A stretch of 39,992 nucleotides of DNA from a virus. The stretch lies in UHGV virus genome UHGV-0186582; one strand, 5' to 3'. Position numbers and translations under genes: made by a program. The notes under the pieces are model-generated. The model was given only the letters and a program-made list of their open reading frames with translations, was not told where the DNA came from and searched no databases. Below, one piece after another: positions 1 through 7,820 of the stretch. The number at the start of each line of letters is the position of its first letter. Positions within the stretch are counted from its first letter, which is position 1.

Positions 1-2
1 AG

Positions 3-119
3 CTGACGCAGCCAGAAAACACCCGACTTAACGCTGTGCTGGATTATATTGACGCGGTGACGGCAACAGATACCAGCACCGCACCGGATGTCATCTGGCC
101 TGAACTGCCGGAGGCGTAG
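3..119 (+). CDS. Partial CDS, C-terminal 38 codons of a second tail fibre assembly protein (Tfa'), convergent with tfa
   Basis: Frame 3 reads ...NAVLDYIDAVTATDTSTAPDVIWPELPEA then TAG at 117-119; this mirrors the C-terminus of the minus-strand Tfa (NAWLDYLDALELVDTSSAPDIEWPTPP); 5' end outside window. Confidence 0.5.
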   Translation: MTQPENTRLNAVLDYIDAVTATDTSTAPDVIWPELPEA

Positions 120-534
120 GCCATTCAATATCTGGAGCACTGGAGGTATCAACCAGTTCCAGGGCGTCCAGATAATCCAGCCACGCATTAAACTCCGATT
201 TTTCAGCATCATTAAGGCGTCCAAGTGCCAGCTTTGATGGCCACTGTTTGCCATCAATATAGCCGTTAGCTGCGCTAATACGGGACTGTTTCTCCCTCTC
301 GGCGTTGGTTAATTCTTCCTCCTTCGTTGGCGGTGGCAGTTTTTCCCATGCCGGTAGGCCGTCGCTCCCAGCAACTCGCCGCAACCATTCGGAATTACGG
401 TCCTGTGTGAACTCAAAAAACAAATCATCGGAGACATCAACAATGTCCGATAAATCCCATCCAGCCTTTTCATACAATGGCAGTTCAGGCTTAAAGAAAA
501 ACGCATTGTTTTTGGCGCTATACACATAAGACAT
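91..534 (-). CDS. tfa: Tail fibre assembly protein (Tfa family)
   Basis: 147-aa ORF directly downstream of the tail fibre gene; Tfa-like C-terminal motif. Confidence 0.7.
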   Translation of the reverse strand: MSYVYSAKNNAFFFKPELPLYEKAGWDLSDIVDVSDDLFFEFTQDRNSEWLRRVAGSDGLPAWEKLPPPTKEEELTNAEREKQSRISAANGYIDGKQWPSKLALGRLNDAEKSEFNAWLDYLDALELVDTSSAPDIEWPTPPAVQAR

Positions 535-536
535 GA

Positions 537-1343
537 TTAGTTACCTATCGCAATGTAAAAAACTCTTTCGCTTGCATTGTTTCCGGAATCACCAGAATTG
601 CCAGACCATGCAATATCCATGAAAGTAAAACCGTTTTTGTTGACGCTGTTTTCTCGAAACATTGGCCCAAAAAGCCAGTAGTTTTGAACGTAAGTTTGAC
701 CAAATACGATACCGAAACACTGATTTGGAAACGGTGTAGAAAATACTTTGTCGCCGGTCATAGTTACATAACCGTAACGGAAGTGTATTCCGTTAGGCAT
801 TCCAACGCCGCCTGATGGCAGGCTCCAGGCGCTCATGTCTGGAATTTGGCCCGCCCCAGTGCCCACATCCCTTTTCGCCGCTTCTCCTAAACCAAGGTAT
901 GTGAGAATGTCGGCAATAGTGCTTTTACCGATAATGTCTCGGCCAACAGAAGTTAAATCAGTCTGCGCTGCTTTATCAGTTCCAGTGAAATACGGGAGTT
1001 TATTTGCACCTGTTGCGAGCCCAGCTAATGCCGACAGCGTGGCATCAAGTGCCTGGAAATCCTTCCCAAAAGCGGTTCCCATTTTGGAGATAAAGCCGTT
1101 CAGGTCACCATCATCAAGCACGTCCAGCCCACTTTTGTTGGCTGTGTACTGCGCAAGCGCTGCCGCGATAAAGCTGGCTTGCCGAATAGCTTTGTTGACC
1201 TGTGCGCTGGATGCTTTACCTGCCGTAAACCCTGAAAGCAGAGCCGGAAGTGCTTCCCAGTCAGCTTGTGAGGTGACGTTAGCGTTCGGATCAAGCGCGA
1301 AAGGTTTAAAGTTGTTTATTGCCATTAGAGTATTGTCCCCCAT
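537..1343 (-). CDS. Side tail fibre protein (P2 gpH-like distal part)
   Basis: 268 aa; MAINNFKPFALDPNANV N-terminus and LSALAGLATGANKLPYFTGTD...VGRDIIGKSTIADILTYLGL motif as recalled from P2 H / Stf fibres. Confidence 0.7.
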   Translation of the reverse strand: MGDNTLMAINNFKPFALDPNANVTSQADWEALPALLSGFTAGKASSAQVNKAIRQASFIAAALAQYTANKSGLDVLDDGDLNGFISKMGTAFGKDFQALDATLSALAGLATGANKLPYFTGTDKAAQTDLTSVGRDIIGKSTIADILTYLGLGEAAKRDVGTGAGQIPDMSAWSLPSGGVGMPNGIHFRYGYVTMTGDKVFSTPFPNQCFGIVFGQTYVQNYWLFGPMFRENSVNKNGFTFMDIAWSGNSGDSGNNASERVFYIAIGN

Positions 1344-2005
1344 GCTCCAACATCGAACCCGCCGATGTATTCGTTATCCATATCAAACCCAAAGAATTTA
1401 GAGCCCTCGGATGGTGCTTCTACCGAAGGCGTTTCAACATCACCGGCCCATACGCCAGCTGCTTTAACGGTGAGATAGCCCTGTTTGATAGCGGCAATCA
1501 GTTCAAGAGACACATCAGAAATATCAGTCTCGGGGAATACCCAAACCGATATCGTCATGTCCTGGTTGTCGACGATCTGCATTCGCAGCCCGGAGCCTGC
1601 TGTTGCCGCGTCAAGAATTGCCGGAAGCGAATCATTCCGTCCGTCCCAGTTATTAATCGCAATCTTCGCTTTAAGAATGACACGATAAGTTTTATCGCTG
1701 AGATACATGTATCCTGAATCAGGATCGTATGGTCCCTGCCATACCCCCTGATCATATCCAAGCCCGTCGGTATCCCAGCTGAAATAGACACCTGATATAG
1801 GCTGGCTGACAACACGGCTACGCCCGATCCACAATCCCAGAATGTCAAGTTGCACACCAACCGCAGAGTCAATATCAAATGCAGTAATCAGCCCTCTGGT
1901 GGCAGCCGCAACATCAATAAGCGGCCGGGTCATCAGATCAACATGTGCAAGAAATTTAGGTTTGGTGACGTGGTAGTTCGTGATTAGTTCGGTGTATTTG
2001 CTCAT
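1325..2005 (-). CDS. Tail/baseplate protein (Mu gp48 / YmfQ-like)
   Basis: 226-aa ORF between baseplate J-like gene and tail fibre; assignment by position and family recall. Confidence 0.5.
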   Translation of the reverse strand: MSKYTELITNYHVTKPKFLAHVDLMTRPLIDVAAATRGLITAFDIDSAVGVQLDILGLWIGRSRVVSQPISGVYFSWDTDGLGYDQGVWQGPYDPDSGYMYLSDKTYRVILKAKIAINNWDGRNDSLPAILDAATAGSGLRMQIVDNQDMTISVWVFPETDISDVSLELIAAIKQGYLTVKAAGVWAGDVETPSVEAPSEGSKFFGFDMDNEYIGGFDVGAWGTIL

Positions 2006-3201
2006 GACTCCACCGTTATAACGATATTTTCCGGGGTACAGGACGCAGATTCGTTGTATCTGATATCAATGTTTGATGACGACAAAGCCCCCGGGGATTT
2101 CCCAATCGTCAGTTCCTGAATATCGTAATAGCGTGCATTCCCGCCACTCACCACGCCAAGATTCGCCGGTGAGTAAATGCGACTTAAAAGGACCGAATCA
2201 CCAATCGTCAGACTATTGATATAGTCGGAAATAGCCTGCTGGATCTGCTGCCCTATCTGTGAGGTATAACCCGTAAAAACTTTTAATTTAATCCGGGCAT
2301 AAACAGGCACATCACTGGAACGCGAGAATTTGATTACATGGGGATTGCCGTATTTATCCGGAACCGTAACGGATGTTGTACCGTGAGTGGCTGTCCCCTG
2401 GCCTTTATTCCCTCTGATAGCCTGAGCAATATCCGTCACATCACCGCCATCCACAATTACAGCAACAGAGTGTGGCGGTAACCCGTTGCCGTCCTCCGAA
2501 CCAGTATCGTTTTCATAGAGTTTGTGGCGGGTTACACCGGTAATATTAGAAACAGCACCATCCAGTGCTTCAAATGGGGTTATTGATGGCAACGCAACAC
2601 TTTGCGACTGGCGGATACGTAACTCCGAATCAGTTTCTGCCGGAGTGCCCACAGTGGCTGCAGCAGGATTGGTTACCGAAACCCAGCCACGGGTTGGCGT
2701 ATTAATTTCAGTGATAGTTCCAGCCAGCGCCGCCACTGCGCCACTGACGGAACATGTTGCGGTCACCATCACTGTACCATCCACTCCGACCACCACTGAA
2801 GCAGGCAAACGCCATATCACATTATTACTGTCTTTCACGCTGCCATTAATGATGGTTGTTCCGGTAGTTCCTGTAAGAAGCAAATCAACCGTAGAGTTCG
2901 TCGCGCCTTTACGTGAAATACCATTTATTTTCACGTTACTGGTCAGTGCAGCCCCATAGCCGGTTGCCGGTGAAAAACAGTTGTAGACAGTTATCGCCGT
3001 ATTATTGGCATCATGAATCGCCAGCGCCATCAGAGCCACCATCTGGCCGTCTTTGCTGTCCGGTTCGAGGTAGGCATCACTGCCATAAATCTGCTGAAAA
3101 TAGCTAATCAGGGTGCTGAGTATCGTCTGATAATCAGGCGCACTGATCCCCTCCGCGGTTACCTTTGCAGATAAACCGAGAGAATCAAGGTTCAGAGCCA
3201 T
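2002..3201 (-). CDS. Baseplate J-like protein (Mu gp47-like)
   Basis: 399-aa ORF, overlapping starts/stops with neighbours; position in Mu-like baseplate order. Confidence 0.6.
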   Translation of the reverse strand: MALNLDSLGLSAKVTAEGISAPDYQTILSTLISYFQQIYGSDAYLEPDSKDGQMVALMALAIHDANNTAITVYNCFSPATGYGAALTSNVKINGISRKGATNSTVDLLLTGTTGTTIINGSVKDSNNVIWRLPASVVVGVDGTVMVTATCSVSGAVAALAGTITEINTPTRGWVSVTNPAAATVGTPAETDSELRIRQSQSVALPSITPFEALDGAVSNITGVTRHKLYENDTGSEDGNGLPPHSVAVIVDGGDVTDIAQAIRGNKGQGTATHGTTSVTVPDKYGNPHVIKFSRSSDVPVYARIKLKVFTGYTSQIGQQIQQAISDYINSLTIGDSVLLSRIYSPANLGVVSGGNARYYDIQELTIGKSPGALSSSNIDIRYNESASCTPENIVITVES

Positions 3202-3554
3202 TACGCCTCCGATGTAACAGTCGTTATTCCATAAAGAGTGTCGATTTCAGCGGAAAACATGACACGTCGGGTCGTGGTATCCACCGTCGTATTGAAAGAG
3301 AGGATTGATTTAACGCCCCGCGTTTCGAGGATGCGCTTACGGATCGCCAGGTTGTAGGTTTCCGGCTTCTGCTTACCGAGTACGGACTGGATCCACGGAG
3401 TCCCCTCGGTGGTGTCGAGAAACCATTGCCCATACCACAATTCGAATCGCGTTTTTACCGCCTGCGCCACGGCCTCCGGTGAGTTAATCAGCCAGGTGTC
3501 ATCACCGCTGCCAAAGGTATAATCGCCATCGGCGTCTTCACGTCTGTATCGCAT
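3201..3554 (-). CDS. Baseplate wedge protein (gp25/GPW-like, Mu gp46-like)
   Basis: 117 aa; size and position between spike and J-like gene. Confidence 0.5.
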   Translation of the reverse strand: MRYRREDADGDYTFGSGDDTWLINSPEAVAQAVKTRFELWYGQWFLDTTEGTPWIQSVLGKQKPETYNLAIRKRILETRGVKSILSFNTTVDTTTRRVMFSAEIDTLYGITTVTSEA

Positions 3555-4306
3555 CAGTTCACCCCGTCTGTGTTGCTTCCGCCTCGCTGAACCCCGCCGT
3601 GCGTGTGAGTATCATCAATTGACTTGCCGTTAGCTTTAACGGTACCGATAAACTCGACAGCGCCGGTGATTTTGGATGCAACTCCAGAAGCAACAGACCC
3701 CACCATTCCACCCAGCCAGGACAGTAGCCCGTGAATGGTTACTTTCGCCGAGAAGTCGGCCAGCGGGGTAACTACATCCAGACCGCCAGGCGCTACGATT
3801 TTAATTTTCTGCGTATCCGGATTAAGGTCGATGTACGTACTTCCATCAACACTTCGAAGCTGCGCCGACGTGGTGCTGACATTCTTAATTTTGTTGGGCT
3901 GAGATATTTGACCCACTGAGCAGGTGGCGTCGGACAGGTCATGTATGCGGTCGTCGACAGGTTCCTGCACTCCACCGTTTTGCCAGAAGAAATCAATACA
4001 GCGGTCTTGAAACTTAAGTTCGCACTCATCGCCGGGGCTCACCGGCAACGTTAAAGTAACTCCCCCGGCCGTTGGGAATACCACGGGAACATCCACCAGC
4101 AGCGGGTAAGGTTTTGTCACCCGGTTACCATCGTTATCGATCTCAACGTAACGGATAGCAGGCTGCACAACCGCCGTAACCGCGTCAGAATCGAATGACT
4201 GAATAATGCCAGGCAAAGCGACTCGGATCTGGTTCTTTGTTGTTTCCCGTTCAGATTTGAATGTTTCAGCAAGGTCGCCGCTGCGGGTCTGGTCAGATAC
4301 TGCCAT
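3554..4306 (-). CDS. Baseplate spike / assembly protein V-like (Mu gp45-like)
   Basis: 250 aa; ATG at 4304-4306 with GGAG RBS upstream; position in baseplate cluster. Confidence 0.5.
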   Translation of the reverse strand: MAVSDQTRSGDLAETFKSERETTKNQIRVALPGIIQSFDSDAVTAVVQPAIRYVEIDNDGNRVTKPYPLLVDVPVVFPTAGGVTLTLPVSPGDECELKFQDRCIDFFWQNGGVQEPVDDRIHDLSDATCSVGQISQPNKIKNVSTTSAQLRSVDGSTYIDLNPDTQKIKIVAPGGLDVVTPLADFSAKVTIHGLLSWLGGMVGSVASGVASKITGAVEFIGTVKANGKSIDDTHTHGGVQRGGSNTDGVN

Positions 4307-4320
4307 TTAGTAGGCTCCAG

Positions 4321-4348
4321 AAAGCAAAAAACCCGCCGGGTGGCGGGT
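4321..4348 (-). terminator. Rho-independent terminator closing the inserted cassette
   Basis: Minus strand reads AAACCCGCC-ACCC-GGCGGGTTTTTTGC immediately after the TAA stop (4349-4351) of the 138-aa gene. Confidence 0.6.
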
Positions 4349-4765
4349 TTATGAATCGTAGGTTTTCAATTTTTCGAGTTCATCAGGAGGAAGTTCTATG
4401 AAGGTTTCCTCTGCTAATTTTATCAGCCTGGGAAGCATCGAATCAGCTTGCTGATGAGCGTTTGGGCTGATGATTGCCAATATCTGATAGTGTTCATCGA
4501 TATAAAGATGCTGAGCATATACCAAAAAATTATCACATGTCCGTTCACTCAGAGATGCTTCTGGAGGCCAGGGTTTATCGCCAGGTAGCTTTAAGTGAAT
4601 TTTCCTGATGTTGGCAGCCATCGCATCATAGTTACGTTCAAAACCGCCTAACGAACCAAAACACCAGAACTGGGAACCCTTTGAAATATAATCGGCAAGC
4701 ATTTGAGCATACTTATGTGCTGCAGCTAAATGACGCAATTCTCCCGTTATACTGACTTTTGCCAT
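4349..4765 (-). CDS. YafO-like toxin domain protein (putative mRNA interferase-type toxin)
   Basis: 138 aa; motifs LADYISKG, KIHLKLPGDKPWPP, SERTCDNFLVYAQH, YQILAIISPNAH, LIKLAEETF align with recalled E. coli YafO (TADFISYKRDG, HIHLANENNPFPP, SRTNDEAHLVYCQG, WLLIAILKPEPH, KIGKMAEAF); from memory, not an HMM search. G+C about 40 percent, below flanking tail genes. Confidence 0.5.
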   Translation of the reverse strand: MAKVSITGELRHLAAAHKYAQMLADYISKGSQFWCFGSLGGFERNYDAMAANIRKIHLKLPGDKPWPPEASLSERTCDNFLVYAQHLYIDEHYQILAIISPNAHQQADSMLPRLIKLAEETFIELPPDELEKLKTYDS

Positions 4766-4766
4766 G

Positions 4767-5339
4767 TCACATCCATTTAGGGGCGTCGGCTCCCAGCATC
4801 TTATGCGATGTAGAGATCAGTTCAATAGCCTCTTCACGGGTAACATTATCTGACAAGAGTTCAGCCAGGAAAGGCTGCGATTGCCTAACTTCAGCGGCCA
4901 ACTGAGTTGCAGTGTTCTCGACGGCGGTCAACGCACGAACATATTTGCGTTTTAATGGGCGCAACATTTGCAGATGGCCTTGCCACATAGGGGACCTTTC
5001 CGCTTCAGAGAACATATCCACTAAATGTCCTTTAGCATTTCGGCATGCCTTGGCAAGACCTTCGAGATGGGATAAAAACCCGTCCGGAAGCTCATCAACA
5101 ATGATTCTTCCATTTCGAAAAGCTTCGAGATGAGACATGCCTTCCTTCGCGGTATTTTCGATTTCTTGAGCGCGTGCAGCAATCGCGGTACAACGACGAA
5201 ATGCCTCTTCAGCATCTAATCGTTGTGGCAGTTCACAAGCATTAGAGATCAGGGGTTTGAAAGCACCGTTAACAGCTTCCTGAACCTGATTCATTTGTTG
5301 TGTAATTGTTGCCAGCGCAAATGCGTAGCTAATCGCCAT
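4767..5339 (-). CDS. Hypothetical ~190-aa protein, upstream partner of the YafO-like gene (candidate antitoxin/immunity); no recognised family
   Basis: Stop TGA is 1 nt from the downstream ATG (TGA-C-ATG); likely start is the ATG at 5339 with GAGGG RBS (ORF track starts at TTG 5345); no resemblance to YafN/Phd-type antitoxins that I can see. Confidence 0.5.
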   Translation of the reverse strand: MAISYAFALATITQQMNQVQEAVNGAFKPLISNACELPQRLDAEEAFRRCTAIAARAQEIENTAKEGMSHLEAFRNGRIIVDELPDGFLSHLEGLAKACRNAKGHLVDMFSEAERSPMWQGHLQMLRPLKRKYVRALTAVENTATQLAAEVRQSQPFLAELLSDNVTREEAIELISTSHKMLGADAPKWM

Positions 5340-5352
5340 ACCCAATCCCTCT

Positions 5353-5367
5353 GTCGTTTTAAACGAC
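5353..5367. promoter_or_regulatory. Perfect 15-bp palindrome GTCGTTTTAAACGAC in the AT-rich region upstream of the cassette; candidate operator
   Basis: Read directly; lies just upstream of the RBS of the 190-aa gene inside a 162-bp AT-rich intergenic region (5346-5507). Confidence 0.3.
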
Positions 5368-5507
5368 TATACACCACTTATTCAAAGTTAGCTGAGCGCT
5401 AAAAGTTCGCAAAGTTTAGTGATCATGCAACCACCTAGCAAGCGATAAAAAATCATTATTTAGTGAATGTGAACAAACTCAACACTATGCAGAAATGTAA
5501 CTTTTGG

Positions 5508-5861
5508 TTAACCATCAACCTTTTTACACGGGAAAGAACCGATGATTTTCGGCGCGTCCATGCTGTTCTGCAGTAGCTGAACGTTCAGAAAGCGCGTTTC
5601 GGTACCAGGGCGACGAATGTATTCAAAGCCGTAGTTGTTACCGTCTTTGGCAGGCATGAGGCCCATGTCTGCCTTCATACCGTTGCCGCTACCGAGCGTT
5701 TTAATTTTCTGGGAGGTAACAGTCTCACCATTAATCCTGAACAATGAATCAGGAACCAACTCTAATTTATAACCACCACACTGAAGCGTGACGCCGCCAG
5801 GATTCGCGGCAAATGCCGAACCTGAAAGAAAACAGAGTCCGATAACAATCCACTTTTTCAT
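5508..5861 (-). CDS. Small secreted protein with Sec-type signal peptide; unknown function
   Basis: 117 aa; N-terminus MKKWIVIGLCFLSGSAFA-ANPGG; two Cys in mature part; 2-nt gap to upstream baseplate gene. Confidence 0.5.
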   Translation of the reverse strand: MKKWIVIGLCFLSGSAFAANPGGVTLQCGGYKLELVPDSLFRINGETVTSQKIKTLGSGNGMKADMGLMPAKDGNNYGFEYIRRPGTETRFLNVQLLQNSMDAPKIIGSFPCKKVDG

Positions 5862-5863
5862 TC

Positions 5864-6928
5864 TTATCCTTCCCTCTGCAGAGACGAAGTAGAGCGGAGA
5901 TCCGCCGCGCCGCGCGCTTCACACATCATGTCCATGTACCACGCCTGGCCCCTTGTGTCGCCAGTGTACATAATCCCGCGCACAATATAAACGCCATCTG
6001 TTGCGATGCTGGCAGGCTGCGCCGTGGTGCCGCTGAGCGTGATATTTCCGTCCGTGTTCTGGTCGGTGATCTTCCCACCAGCCATCGCGATATCATTGTT
6101 CGACAGCGCGGTGCGGTACACGGAAGCCTGATCCAGCTGAATAAGCCCGTTAACCCGGATGTTCGGATTAATGAGCGCACGGACGTTTACGCCGTTACCG
6201 ATGGTCTGCTGCGGCATGCCAATAAGCCCGGTAGCACTGTTGAGCACAATCGCTTCGTGAACATATTCGTTATTCGCCACCATCTGGCGCTGACCGTCCA
6301 CGAATTGCCATGTTGCGCCACATTGCCCGGCTACGTTATCCATTAGATGCCGCGTCATGCCAAAGAGCACCCGCCCCCGGGGGAATACAGTAGCAGGCAT
6401 TTCAGGCGTCAGGCCTTCGGTCGCGCCTTTGGCTTCGAAGTCTTTCATCAGCGCACGGTTCACATCAGCGACCGTGTAACCGGCAGCCAGCGTCTGTGAG
6501 GTTATACTGGTGGCAAATGCCAGATCCGTATCTGCTGCCTGAATCAGGACATAGGAATCAATAGGGCTGTCTTTTCCTGTGACCGAGTAGCGAATTTCTC
6601 CGCTGAAAATCAGCCCGTAGTTGCGGCCATCACTCTGGCCCACATCTGCCGCGTCGACTTCGCGCACGGTCCCGACGTCGCTTGCCGCCACCTCAGGCGC
6701 GATACCGTCGTAACCGGCAATCAGCCGCACTTTCGAAAACTCCTGCCCGGTAATTCGGTTCACAGTATCTGCCGAAAGGTTATAAATTTTGATAGTCCCT
6801 ACCCGGGACGCGCTGCTGATGTTGAACCAGTCGATCGTAAAGGTGACTTTGAAATCACTTAGCTCAATTCCCTGACCATTCCCGTCCACAAGCTGCAGCT
6901 CGAAATGTCTCATCCAGTTCTGTGACAT
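5864..6928 (-). CDS. Tail/baseplate hub-like protein (Mu gp44-like position)
   Basis: 354-aa ORF in tail cluster; assignment by position. Confidence 0.45.
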   Translation of the reverse strand: MSQNWMRHFELQLVDGNGQGIELSDFKVTFTIDWFNISSASRVGTIKIYNLSADTVNRITGQEFSKVRLIAGYDGIAPEVAASDVGTVREVDAADVGQSDGRNYGLIFSGEIRYSVTGKDSPIDSYVLIQAADTDLAFATSITSQTLAAGYTVADVNRALMKDFEAKGATEGLTPEMPATVFPRGRVLFGMTRHLMDNVAGQCGATWQFVDGQRQMVANNEYVHEAIVLNSATGLIGMPQQTIGNGVNVRALINPNIRVNGLIQLDQASVYRTALSNNDIAMAGGKITDQNTDGNITLSGTTAQPASIATDGVYIVRGIMYTGDTRGQAWYMDMMCEARGAADLRSTSSLQREG

Positions 6929-6930
6929 GC

Positions 6931-7233
6931 TTACTCCGTTGATACCAGTAAATGACTGCGGCCGCCCAGATCAGTTTTCGTGGGATAATCCTGTGTGTTG
7001 TCATCGCAGACCACCACCAGCTTAAAACCAAGTCCCATACAGGCGTACTGCGCCAGCAGATCAGCGCCAGTGACGAGAGGAATACCGGAGATTACCGGCT
7101 CCCCTCTGTCGTTCTGCAGGTCCATAATCCAGTAAAGATCGCGCCATATGATGCTAATCTGCCAAGTGACACCACCCAGGACGATGCTGAACTGCTGGTT
7201 GTCCGCTGTCAGCGGAATTTCCTGAATTATCAT
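6931..7233 (-). CDS. Hypothetical tail protein
   Basis: 100-aa ORF tightly packed between tail genes. Confidence 0.4.
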   Translation of the reverse strand: MIIQEIPLTADNQQFSIVLGGVTWQISIIWRDLYWIMDLQNDRGEPVISGIPLVTGADLLAQYACMGLGFKLVVVCDDNTQDYPTKTDLGGRSHLLVSTE

Positions 7234-7820
7234 TAGCCGCCTCCCAGTAATGACGCCACGTTACCAGTGATGCTTTTCAGCAGTGAAGTATCTGGAGGCT
7301 TTGTGGTTTTGTTGCCGCTGTTCTGTACCGCCGACGTGCTGGCCCCTTCCTTCATGTTGGTTTTATCCGCGACGGTAATCTGCTGTGTCCGGGAGATAAT
7401 GACCTCCCTCAGGGTGAGGACGGCGGACAGGACGTTTTCGGTTGTCTTGTCCGTCGTCACTTCCAGCGCCCGGATCAACATGTTGCTGTACAGCCGTTTA
7501 CCGGTTACCACATCGAAGGGGATACGGATTTCCTGCAGATCCAGTAGCTCCTGATACGTCTGCTGAGGACTCAGGCCGAGCATGCTGGTAGCCGTCAGAT
7601 TACTGGCAAAATCCAGCAATGCACCGCCACCGGCGAAACCAACCTCCATCACCACTTCTGACGGTTTTTTATAGGCATGATCAGCGACAGCGGCCCCGAC
7701 CTCTACCGGATGCTCTGTTATTTCAAGCATATCTGTATGCTTCTCTGAAATAACAACACTGGGAACAATCATTCCTATTTTTCTGCTCTGCTGATGAAAA
7801 AGTGTAGAGAGAATATCCAC
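7233..7820 (-). CDS. Hypothetical tail protein
   Basis: 195-aa ORF immediately downstream of tape measure gene. Confidence 0.4.
   Translation of the reverse strand: MDILSTLFHQQSRKIGMIVPSVVISEKHTDMLEITEHPVEVGAAVADHAYKKPSEVVMEVGFAGGGALLDFASNLTATSMLGLSPQQTYQELLDLQEIRIPFDVVTGKRLYSNMLIRALEVTTDKTTENVLSAVLTLREVIISRTQQITVADKTNMKEGASTSAVQNSGNKTTKPPDTSLLKSITGNVASLLGGG

Noticed and set aside
1297-1325. Possible gix/hix-like invertase crossover site at the 5' end of the tail fibre gene
   Set aside because: Contains AAACC but lacks the palindromic AAACC-N-GGTTT core of Gin/Hin/Pin sites; too weak to call without the flanking sequence and the invertase gene.
835-1401. 188-aa plus-strand ORF overlapping the tail fibre gene
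   Set aside because: Lies antisense within a well-supported minus-strand structural gene; Ser/Ala/Pro-rich shadow-frame composition; no RBS context.
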